Positions 1-10,571 of a stretch of 64,000 nt of DNA are shown one piece after another (positions within the stretch are counted from its first letter, which is position 1; the number at the start of each line of letters is the position of its first letter). The notes beneath the pieces are model-generated. The model was given only the letters and a program-made list of their open reading frames with translations, made no database searches and had not been told where the DNA came from. The position numbers and the translations under genes are program-made. Origin of the DNA: Seison nebaliae (Eukaryota); NCBI GenBank assembly GCA_023231475.1, contig JALJEE010000939.1, positions 1 to 64,000 of the forward strand, given 5' to 3'.

Positions 1-1439
1 CGAAACAGTTTCTCTCATCATCGACGTAATCGAATCACGAAGATTTTTCTTCGAATAAGATTTAATGAATTTCATCTAAAAAAGTAGATTAGAAAAATAT
101 AAAAGATGTAGAATTAAAAGAAAACAAAATCGTTCGCATAATCTTTTATTTTAACGTCATCGACAAACTGATGGAAATTGTCTAAGGTTTTAATTGGTAA
201 AATAATTTTTATTTTTGAGAAAGTTGTGTTAATAGGAATCAATGATAATAATAGATTCTCTATACGGTCCATTCGTTTTATTATCAAATTATGATCATTT
301 TTAATTTGAAGATATGGGTTATCTAATTTTTCTTTGAAAATTTTATACGTATTAATAATCAGTTTGGAAAATACTAACTAAAATTTAAATTGGACATATT
401 ATGGTCGTCTTTAAAATTATGCATTCCCTTTGACATACCTAAAAAGTTTATACATATTAAAGAACAACAGATTCCAAAATACTAACTGGAACTGTACGTT
501 GGACTATTGTCATCATCAATGGAAGGGATACTTTTCGGTATTTCTAAAAAATTTCATGAATATTATTAAGTAATTTGAAAATGTGAACTGGAATTGAAAT
601 TGGAAATATTATCGTCATCGTCAAAATTATGCATTCCCTTTGACATACCTAAAATTTTTATACATATTAAAGAACAACAGATTCCAAAATACTAACTGGA
701 ACTGTACGTTGGACTATCGTCATCATCAATGGAAGGGATACTTTTCGGTATTTCTTCGGAATTGAAATTGAAAATATTATCGTCGTCGTCAAAATTATTC
801 ATTCCCTTTGACATGCCTAATAAGTTTATATATATTAAAGAACAACATATTCCAAAATACTAACTGTGTTGTGGGACAAATGTGGGAATATTTTCATTAT
901 CAATGGAATCGATTTTTTTCGATTTTTCTAAAAAACATCATGCATATTGACAAATAATTTCAAAAAACTGAACTAGAATTAAAATTTGGGGTCTTATTGT
1001 CATCTATCACATTAATTCGTTTTGATTTATCTGAAGAAGTTATTGAATAATTTAAAGAAATTTACAAAATATTTGTAACTTTTAGTTCGTATTGTAGTTT
1101 TCATTCTACTAATTAGTTCTTCATAACATTCACCTTCAGTAGTACTATCGCAATTAATAATGTCTTGAAGTTTATCAATGTCATCTGTTTAAATTAATTG
1201 AAAAAGAAAGAATAATAAATGCAGAAACTTTTCTCTGTGATTACTTTGCGTATTCGATATAGATTATAATGGATATAACGTCCGCCATTCATTAGAGAAA
1301 GTTGGTACAAATGTTGATTGTTATTAAATTGTTTATTCCAATAACAATAACGATGACCATCGAACGTTCTTAACCACTCCTTTCTTATGACGCATCGATG
1401 GTTAGAAAAATTGTCGAATTCAACCAAACAGAATTTCAT
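1..1439 (-). CDS. Transposon accessory protein (ORF2) with a DUF4806/BEN-like C-terminal region; 10 exons, 3' end beyond the window
   Basis: Exons (plus coordinates) 1229-1439, 1080-1184, 974-1030, 865-927, 697-816, 589-648, 487-543, 379-438, 126-322 (or 126-331) and 1-75 join in frame through nine 44-56 nt GTT-AG introns. N-terminus is MKFCLVEF...VIRKEWL...CYW. The C-terminal part LPIKTLDNFHQFVDDVKIKDYANDFMKFIKSYSKKNLRDSITSMMRETVS resembles DUF4806 (recognised from memory). Confidence 0.65.
379..864. repeat. Tandem repeat of an exon-intron unit (period 210 bp, then about 168 bp) inside transposon ORF2
   Basis: CATTCCCTTTGACAT(A/G)CCTAA...ATATTAAAGAACAACA(G/T)ATTCCAAAATACTAACTG recurs at about 422, 632 and 800. 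Confidence 0.9.
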
Positions 1440-1632
1440 TCTTTTTGTCGAATTTAAATATGCAGACCAAATAATGAGGAAGAAAATTTTTCGAAGTTAT
1501 GGAGTTATGGTGTTTCGAATATAAAAGAAATCACCACGTGTATTAAAGAAACAATTATTATTCAGAATTTATTATTTTCAATTAATTATTAGAGTTAAGA
1601 ACCTGTTATTGAAAAAACAAGAAGTGTACCTT

Positions 1633-1725
1633 CCCTTTTGGCAGTTGAATACTATCTTAACGTTTGAATCTTAACGTTTATATACATCAAAAAGATGTTC
1701 TCAAGACGTTCAAATGCTTACAGGG
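1633..1725. mobile_element. 93-bp non-autonomous mini-element (MITE-like) with CCC...GGG ends and a TT/TT flanking duplication
   Basis: Starts CCCTTTTGGCAGTTGAA and ends GACGTTCAAATGCTTACAGGG. Its right ~55 bp are near-identical to 3839-3892. TT lies at 1631-1632 and 1726-1727. Confidence 0.7.
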
Positions 1726-1749
1726 TTATCTCTTCTCCCATACAAAATT

Positions 1750-3576
1750 TCAATCTTCTGGCAATAACGTTATAAGAAACTGATCTTGTTCGTCTTTAAT
1801 ACAGATGAAATAGTTAATTATTTTGATCGATTCGTTTGAAATATGTCGAGGTTCGAAAATATTCTTTATCTTATACATTGAATCACATATCTCCACGTAT
1901 TCAATCTTACAATATAGCGTTTCATTCTCTTTAAAATACAAATTACCATTCATAGTTCGAATATATCTAAATTTTTTTTGGGGACGATCGGTTGGTCTAT
2001 TTTCTGAAAAATTTCCATTATGTCGTTTAAATTTATTATATATTTGCTTCGTCGTTTTATACCCATTTGGAATAATATTGGACAGAATTCCATAAAAATT
2101 CTCAAATTTAAAAGCTGATGAATGATGGAGATTACCGTGGCATTTGTAATTTTCTATAAGATGCGAGATGTAATGGACATTTAACGTTAATTGAGCTGGA
2201 TATATTTCAGAAAAATCGTTAATGAATTGGTTCAGATATTCTTCCGCCCTAACTATGTCTTGTCCAATATCAGATTGAAGAAGTAATCTTATGCCGTTAT
2301 TTAATGCCTGGATGTGAACATAGACTTCTATTGGAACAATTCCACGTAAAACATATGGAGAATAATATAGAATGAAATTTCGGTATTGATTGGCCTTCCA
2401 TCGAGTAGCATCTTTTACATTCTCGCAAAGCCGTGGAAAAAGTCGTCTAGGTATTTGGGAATTGAAGTTCACCAATCGATTGTTCAGTTTTTTAATTTCG
2501 GTATCGGATAATCTGGCAATTGAAGAACTTTTCCGTGATATAATGTTTCCCACTAATCTTTTAGCGACACCCAAGCAAAATTGATGCATGTAATCGATAA
2601 CAAAAGAATTTACTATATCCAAATACTTTAATTCTAACAGAATTGTAGGTCTAATAGCATGATTTTTATAACTTCCGCTTCGAAAATCAATATTAGTTCG
2701 TGCTGGTCCTTTATTAGGAGGAAATATCATTCTCCGTTCCTTTTTCGAATATGTTCCCTGAACTGTGCAATATTCACAAGCAAATTTACCATTATGGCCC
2801 AAAGTTCCTTTAATTAGGCTGCGTGCTGGTAAATCGCAAATAATTTTATCGAGTAAGATTTTCGGCTTAGCCACTTCCAATGTTTTCATTTCGTCAATAA
2901 AATTTTGAAGAATTTCCGAAGGCGCAGGTTTGTGATTATCAATAAACATTGCTATCAAGAAAACTTTGTTCTCAGTACGGTTGCAGGACATGGACAGTGC
3001 CCAATATTGACTTGTGGAATTTTTCAAAAGACATATTCCATCTACACTAATATCTATATAAAACAAATCGTTTTTTTCGTATTCATCCTCCCCAAAATGT
3101 AGAACCAAATTATTTTTCACCCCACAATATATAAATTTTTCAGTTACGATGATTTCATTTGGCAAGGAACCATTAAATCTTAAAAAACATTAATGAAATT
3201 GAACGATAATATTGTAAAATAACTTCATTAAAGTACGAAAATCTTTAGGAATTGTCGTTTCAGGAAATTCTTCATTTATAACTGACAGTATTTCATTTCC
3301 ACATTCCTTTGTCAAATGATATTTTAGAAAAAGTTTCCGTAGTTTTTCCGATATGGTTAATTTTTCATCGTCCAGATTGTGAGAAATAAATGAAGCTTCC
3401 GTTTGATTATCATCAATCTCTTCAGTAGAATAGTTGATCTTGCCAAATTTATTACGGTTCAAATTTTCACGTTCTGGTCTTGCTTCTATTTGTCCGTTAT
3501 TCTGTTTCCAACTGAGATATTCTAATTCGGTTTGTATTATAGTTTGTCTTAAATACTTTCTCTTATTGTGAGACAT
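1750..3576 (-). CDS. CACTA/EnSpm-like DDE transposase, 2 exons (3224-3576, 1750-3178)
   Basis: Motifs PKDFRTLMK, ISVDG, ICDLPARSLIKGTLGHNGKFACEYC, IDYMHQFCLGV, WKANQYRNF, NVHYISHL and SAFKFENF are typical of animal CACTA-like transposases. A 45-nt GTT-AG intron at 3179-3223 joins the two ORF-track frames (RTLMK|FNGSLPNEI). Confidence 0.85.
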
Positions 3577-3814
3577 GTTCTTTAGAATTTTTAGATACAA
3601 AATCTTTAGTTTAATAGTCTTCTGATTACCAAATGGAATATATGATATTAAAATTATAAGTGCAAAATTATATCAAGAATAATACCTAATTAGACATAGC
3701 TAAAGTACCATTTAATTAATTTGTAATTTAGTTAATTAAAATTGGTCTATTATTAATTACAAATATTAAATTAACTATAAAAATTTATTAATCATAAAAG
3801 AATCATAATAACTA

Positions 3815-3892
3815 CCCTGTTGGCATTTGTACGTTTTTTTAACGTTTATATACATCAAAAAACGTTCTCAAGACGTTCAAATGCTTACAGGG
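3815..3892. mobile_element. 78-bp non-autonomous mini-element with terminal inverted repeats and a TA/TA flanking duplication
   Basis: Left end CCCTGTTGGCATTTGTACGT matches the reverse complement of the right end, CCCTGTAAGCATTTGAACGT. TA lies at 3813-3814 and 3893-3894. Confidence 0.75.
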
Positions 3893-4440
3893 TATTATTT
3901 CAATTAGTCTAAATTGTTTTTTCTTACTATTCTTGACGTTCCTCATTCTTTTGATGATATTTTTATATTACTTTTCATATTCCGGAATATTTACGGGATG
4001 AAATCGACATTTGTAAAAAGCTTATTACTGATAACATGTAATGTTATTTATCATATTTTCTTTTCAATTTAATCCGGGGGAATTTGATTTTTAATAAATA
4101 AATAAAAAATGATTTATCTTCATGAAATCATGAGAAATATATAATAGAATTGATACAAATAAAAGTATCGTTGGAATACTTATTCGTTACGATAAGAAAT
4201 TTTCAACAGGTTCATCATAGAAGTGTAAGGAATGTTTAAAAAGATGAAATGAAATAATTACACAAATGGTATGATTCTCATTTACACTTGTGCAATTGGC
4301 TTACCTTGATCATAGAAAGTGACATTTGCAGTTTTAGCTATTACTGTTAGCTATCACAATTTCCTCCGAATTTGCGTTTTTGCATCTCATCGTTTTAGAG
4401 CTTTCGATATCATGCCATTCATATTATTTTAATGAATCAT

Positions 4441-5373
4441 GGTCTTTTCCTCACCCTATATAAAATTTTGGAAAATTAACAGTAAAACGGTCATTTCCTC
4501 ACCCACTTTTTTCATAATGGACTTTTTCTCACTCACTTATGCATTATGGACTTTTCCTCACCCAATTGTCTATTAAATCGACTTTTCTTCACTTAATTGT
4601 CTATTGAACGTAAATTTCCTCATGTTCTATTTGTCTTTTAAATTCCTTAATCTTAATTAAAATATCTTAAGATTATTATAATTGTTACGAATATATTTGG
4701 GCGTGTGTAGCGCAGTGGTCTATGCACATTCCCAACGTCACAATGAGACAATCTTACGAAAGGTAGCGATCTCCTATCACTGACCGTAAGGAGGAAGATC
4801 ACTCAAAGAATATTAGGGAGTTGAGTTAGACACTGCTTTTAAAACGATGTAGAAAGCGATGATTGAATGGTGGAAGAGACTGAAATAGATGGTAAAGTTA
4901 TTAGTGGATTGAACATTGGATGAGTATAATGTGGGAACGACGAAATTGAATCTTCGAAAATTTTTGTGAAATCCATGATGCGAATTTTAGATTTTGTAAT
5001 AATGCGTAAATAATTTCATATTTTTATTATCTTCATTATTTTTAGTCTCAAATAATTTATCTTATGTTAGTGAATAATTTATAGGCTTTTACCACAATAT
5101 CTGGTTTTTGTTGTATTATTTTTAATTTAAAACCCTCTTCGGGATAGGAAAGGCATTAAAAGATAATGTTTTAATTCAAAACTTACAAAACAAGAACACA
5201 AAATTAAATTTTAAGTATTGAAACTTTCAAAATAAAAAACCGCATAATTGGTGAAAAAATTCCGTTTAGTTGATCATAGGGTGAGGAAAAGTCCACTCAG
5301 TAGACAATTGGGTGAGGAAATGACCGTTTTACTGCCAATTTTGGAAAATTTTATATAAGGTGAAGAAAAAACC
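4441..5373. mobile_element. Non-autonomous foldback-like DNA element with long imperfect inverted repeats built of ~29-bp subrepeats
   Basis: 4441-4505 (GGTCTTTTCCTCACCCTATATAAAATTTTGGAAAATTAACAGTAAAACGGTCATTTCCTCACCCA) is the imperfect reverse complement of about 5310-5373. The core ACTTTTCCTCACCC recurs about every 29-30 bp in 4490-4620 and in inverted form in 5250-5325. No ORF. Exact termini and TSD are unclear. Confidence 0.7.
4699..4814 (+). mobile_element. tRNA-derived SINE-like interspersed repeat, copy 1 (nested in the foldback-like element)
   Basis: GGGCGTGTGTAGCGCAGTGGTCTATGCAC contains a Pol III A-box (TAGCGCAGTGG). It is homologous to 46719-46822 on the minus strand. Confidence 0.65.
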
Positions 5374-6378
5374 GGCTACCGTTTTAATATACTGAAAAGT
5401 ACTTTCAGAGTAATTGAAAAGGAAGTACTTGTTCATGTGTACATTATTACTGACAGAGGTTATGGTTATACTGACATTCATTATTCTTGTGAGAATTTGT
5501 AAGCATTTTTGTGTTGAATTTGACTGCGCATAGTGATGGTGAAATTATTATATAATATTATTATAAATAATTATTTTTGATTAATACACTCTTTTCTCAT
5601 TTATTTTTATTTACGGAAAGTGGTTTTTTACAAATAATGTTACACTTAAGTGTTTTTCTCACTAACAAGTTTTTCCCAGTAAGACGTTAGTTATTAATAG
5701 TGGCAATGTTTATTATTTGAAATTGAATAAATATTTTATTGGGGAGGAGACTGTAAATATTTTTATTAAAAAATAGCTACTTGTCAAATTGTTAATAATT
5801 TTTTTAAGAAAAAGAAAGTAGTTAATTATTAAATTGAATTTATTAATTCAAAAGAGGATTTGGTTATAAAATAAATCAAATCGTAAAAATCTGAGACGTT
5901 CGTATATCATTGTGTTGATAGCAGATAAGGTTATATCAAAAATGCTCTTCTCTCATAGGTGATTGTTTGATAAAAGTCATTTATGATTTTTATATTTTAT
6001 TAAAATTAGATTTAAATCTTCATTCATATGAATAGCATCTGAAAAGAAATAAATTTGCTTAATCCTCAAGAAATTGCAGTAAGGAAAGAAATTCCATTTG
6101 AGACAATATACTTAGGACTTCCAGAAATTTAGGATAAGATATTAATGGAGCATTTTAATATATCTTACCTGATAAGTTACTTTTCATAATAGTTGCACCA
6201 AAAATTAATTTGAATCGACAGACATTCTTCCAAAGTAGGAAAGTGTATAATAGGAATAAAGAGACGTTTTATATGAAATTTATTTTCTTTTCAGTTAACA
6301 GGTGTGAAAACGGAAGAAGAGTAGTGATCGATAAAATGCGATTACAATTTGGAAGAGTTATTATACAATTTTTGTTGA

Positions 6379-6405
6379 GTGTGTGTGTGTGTGTGTGTGA
6401 GTGTG
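6379..6405. repeat. (GT)n microsatellite
   Basis: Run of GT dinucleotides with one GA interruption. Confidence 0.9.
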
Positions 6406-7338
6406 CCCGATTTAATGTGTACATAGAAATTATAGAATAGTAGCAATAAAAAATTGGAGATTGAAAATCATACAGTTTGCCAGAGAAAATTTTAAATAAT
6501 CTGATTTAGATTACGATACATATCTATGATATACATGTATCTAAATCAATAAAGTTGTCAAGGTGAAAACAAGAAATTATTTGTCGTATTCATTTGATTA
6601 TTTGACTATATTTGATTCTCGTATTATTTTGAAAAAAATACCTACACAACAATTTTTGTTTAGCATGAAACAATTTGGAAAAATACATTAATATTGGTAA
6701 ATATCTATTCCTGACATTCCGCATTAAGTGACGTGAAAGTGTTTCACTTCCACTACTACATTCTTTGTATTCTACTTTAGGGAAATTATGGGATTTATTT
6801 TATTTTTATTTTTTTTTCCTTTAACACATTCTCACAATTTCACAATGTTAGTGCGCTACCAGAAAATTTTAGGGAGATCATCAACATTCCATCCAACGTA
6901 ATCATTTATTATGTACTATATTGGTATTTTTTAAATTTTTTTAAAATTGATACAATCAAATCGTCTCGGGGTAAATTAAAAAGATAATAAGATAACCGGC
7001 TGTAAAGATTATTTTTAATAAGTTCCTTTCCAACATCGATTTCATTTCATATTTTAAGTGGATATTAAAAGTTTTGAGCAGAAGAAGAACAAAATAAATT
7101 CTAATATTACTAAAAAAATAATATCGAGAAATGAGAAGAAAAATGACAGAATCATATTTTGAATCGATAAATGGAATTTCCTTATCCTAAAATTTCCATG
7201 TCAAATGACAAAATAATGAGCTGATTCGGAAGTTGATAATTCTACAAATATTTTCATAGAATAACATTTTAGTTGACATAAACAACATTGCATGTTAAAA
7301 CGACAAAGAAGAAAAGAATTGGAAATTTTACAACCAAA

Positions 7339-9498
7339 ATGAATGTCCGTCTGGGTCGATTTCTAGTACGACGAGTGATACTGATATTGTTCGTTATCAT
7401 TATATTGAACTTCTTCCGGAATAGGTTTTTCCCAATGACCGTTATTGTGACTGAAAGAAAAGTTAGCGGATTAATATCAGAGCAGTATCAGAAAACGAAA
7501 CAGATAGCTCTTATGAATAAGAGACTTCCTTTAACTTGCCAGTATCCGGTGACCGAGATTTTTGGAGATTATTATAAGAAGTTCTGGATTTTCAATGAAC
7601 GAAAAAAAATTTCATTGAAATGTGATGGAAATATCTGGGGTAAATTCAATCAACGTGCCATCATCAAAGGAATGAAAAGTGAGATGTTTTATGTGAAAGA
7701 TGAAATGATTCATGTGAATGAAGAAATGCGAGAGATTTTCAAGACGAAATATAAGGGAACAGTAACATGTCAAATCGATGAGATTAAAAGAACGAATGAT
7801 TTTAATGTTTTTTATAAGCAAATTAAAAAATTCGAATTAAATTCAGCAACATCAATTCAAATTAATGAAACTTATATTAATATAAAATGTGGAGATCCAA
7901 TGCAAATATATGAGCAATCTCTTACCGTATTCCACCGGAAGATCAGGAAAGATCTCTCCCAAACCAAATCGATCAATATCGCTATAATCGCATGTGACTC
8001 ATTATCTAATCTTCAGTTTAACCGACATGGAATTAAATCGAGAGAGATACTCGAGAATAAATTCAACACAATTCAGTTCAATGGAATTAATGTGGTTGGC
8101 GATGGAACTCCATCGTATTTAATACCTGCATTCACTGGTTCTATCTTTTCTTATTTTGAAATAAATTCTTACTTTTGACAGGTGTGTGGGAAACAACGAA
8201 TGATGGTTATGCCATAAATCAATTAATTCGAACAAAAACGAAAAAGTTTGTTGATGAATTATTGCCAACATTCGTTTTTCGAAATTTTACTCAATCCAAT
8301 TATGTTACTCGATGGCGAGAAGAAAGTTTCGAAATAGGATGTTTCACTTATCGTATGAACGGTTTCCAAACGCCATTAACTGATTATTTCGATCAACCTT
8401 ATGTAATTCATAAGGAGAAAATGGCGAAAGAAAGCAACTGTTATCAAAAGCAGAGTCTTTTGGAGAATTTCTTTGGCACAACTCTTCAATTCCACAAAAC
8501 TTTCAATAAGAACGAATTGGCTCCAGTATTGTCATTTCAAATGACGAAAATCATTCATGGTGTTTCGAATTTACCTAGTTTAACTCGCTGGTACGACGAA
8601 GAACTGTCAAAATTCTTAGTTAAATTCCACGAAAATTCATTGCATGAAAACACAAGTTATTTATTATTCACTTATTATTTTTTGTAATTTAATTTAATTT
8701 TAAGTTTTAATTCTCGTCGGAGATCATGGCAATCGGTTGAGTTCTATGCGGAAAACTCAGGAAGGCAAACAAGAAGAAAGAAATCCTTATTTTCTCATAC
8801 ATCTACCCGTATCATTTGAAAAGAAATATAAAACGATAATGAAGACATTACGAGAGAATAGTGAGAAATTAGTGACGGCGTTTGATGTGTATGCAACGTT
8901 ACATCATCTTCTGCAGATACATAATAATGCAGAAAAAAATGACACTAATTTATTGACAACGTGGAAACAAGTCCATGAAAAATTATCGAAAAAATTTAAA
9001 AATAGTGAACGATTCAATTCGATTTTTATACCAATTCCAAATAATCGAACTTGTACCGATAGTTGTATTGAACCGGAATGGTGTAACTGTTTACATTGGG
9101 AAGACGTTACACATTCAAGTAAGAAGATAGTACAATTCGGTTTGCAGTTTATTAACAGTTTACTCGACAAACATTTATGTGCTACTTATACGTTAAAACA
9201 TGTAATGTCGGTAAAGAAATATTCACCATCGGATACTTTATTACGACACGTAGGAATAAACGAGAAAGGGAAAGTTGATACAAAAATTAAAATTCCAACT
9301 GTCTACTATCAAGTCACTTTCATTCTTCTACCAAACGATGCAGCATTTGAAGTGACAATGAAAGAAATTAATCAGAAACTCTCATCTACAATCTCATCAG
9401 TGACGCGAGTCTCATTATATGGGAAATCATCTGATTGCATGCTTGGTAAGCAAGTTGAATTACTTCCAATTTGTACATGTAAAAATTTTTTGTTATAA
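7339..9498 (+). CDS. DUF229-family type II membrane protein (alkaline phosphatase/sulfatase superfamily), 3 exons
   Basis: N-terminal TM (VILILFVIIILNFF) and motifs CDSLS...FNRH, GINVVGDGT, GDHG, EERNP, LVTAFDVYATL, IPNNRTC..SCIEPEWCNC and C-terminal CTC. Introns 8138-8181 (GTTCTA..CAG) and 8656-8704 (GTTATT..AAG). Confidence 0.85.
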
Positions 9499-9770
9499 AC
9501 TAAAATAGTTTTACATTTATTATCGATGTACTTATTCGCATTGTGTTATCTATTTTACCTTTTTTCTTTATCTTACTCCGTCCAACTAAAATATTAATAA
9601 CCATCTCACAATATATTTCAACATGATTATAAGAATTATTTTCCGTTAAAAACATTTAATCTCTTTTAATTTAAATCAATAAATATTTTATTCTAATTCC
9701 AAGTAGCGTGACAGTAAAAACTTACACTATTAATATATTATTAATGTTAGTTTATATATATGTTTATGTG

Positions 9771-9803
9771 GTTTGTGGCAGTGGTTTATGCACGAAAGGT
9801 GAT
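9771..9803 (+). mobile_element. Internally deleted fragment of the SINE-like repeat
   Basis: GCAGTGGTTTATGCACGAAAGGT joins the head (GCAGTGGTCTATGCAC) directly to the ACGAAAGGT segment of copy 1. Confidence 0.45.
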
Positions 9804-9974
9804 AATATTAATTTAATATATAATTAATTAAATTACTATGTTGGGATGTCAGATTAGCATAAGTTTTCTAACATTTCCGTCATAACAATTAAAATAGAAA
9901 ATGAATTTAAATTTGAAAAAAATAAAAAGTAAGCGTGATAATGATCTTCACATGTTCATGAATTTATAAGTTAA

Positions 9975-10466
9975 ATGGCAAGGAATGAGTACTTGTGTTG
10001 GGAGGATTATTTTATGAGCGTGGCTTTATTGTCATCGAAGCGGAGTAAGGATCCCAATACACAAGTAGGTGCATGTATCGTGAATCATTTGAATAGAATT
10101 GTGGGTGTGGGATATAATGGAATGCCATTTAATTGTTCGGACGATGAATTTCCATGGTTGAAAGATAAAGATAGTGATCCATATGATACAAAATATTTGT
10201 ATGTTTGTCATGCGGAAATGAATGCTATTTGTAATAGTAATCAACTGAATATGGAAGATTGTCGAATATATGTAACGTTATTCCCGTGTAATGAATGTGC
10301 GAAATTGATTATCCAGAAACAATTGAAGGAGATCATTTATTTGAATGACAAATCGAATGGAACATCAGCTAATCGTGCCGCTAAGAGAATGTTCGATAGC
10401 AATTCCATCAAACATCGTTTGTTTGAACCATCAGAAAATGAGATAAATTTAACATTCAGAAAATAA
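9975..10466 (+). CDS. DCTD: dCMP deaminase, single exon
   Basis: WEDYFM..A.LS..RSKDPNTQVGACIVN, GYNGMP, the zinc-binding HAEMNA and TLFPCNECAKLIIQ motifs. Confidence 0.97.
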   Translation: MARNEYLCWEDYFMSVALLSSKRSKDPNTQVGACIVNHLNRIVGVGYNGMPFNCSDDEFPWLKDKDSDPYDTKYLYVCHAEMNAICNSNQLNMEDCRIYVTLFPCNECAKLIIQKQLKEIIYLNDKSNGTSANRAAKRMFDSNSIKHRLFEPSENEINLTFRK

Positions 10467-10571
10467 TTTAAATATTTCTCTTATTTCATTTAAATTCCGT
10501 TTTATATTTAATTTCAAATCCATTCATTTTTTATTCATTCTTTTCATATGTAAATAGAAAATATTTTAAAG

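Larger units (their letters stand above)
1..3892 (-). mobile_element. CACTA/EnSpm-type (CMC superfamily) DNA transposon region; left boundary outside the window
   Basis: Contains a DDE transposase (1750-3576) and a second DUF4806-like gene (1-1439) on the same strand. CCC...GGG terminal-repeat modules with 2-bp flanking duplications lie at 1633-1725 and 3815-3892. Confidence 0.75.

Noticed and set aside
379..864. CRISPR-like or satellite array
   Set aside because: The context is eukaryotic, there are no unique spacers, and the repeat is explained as duplicated exon-intron units.
4699..4790. Functional tRNA gene
   Set aside because: An A-box is present, but there is no T-arm GTTCRA or consistent cloverleaf, and diverged copies elsewhere indicate a repeat.
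5390..5510. SWIM-finger-like relic (GSTCSCVHYY*QRLWLY*H) of a MULE transposase
   Set aside because: Too short and full of stops to support.
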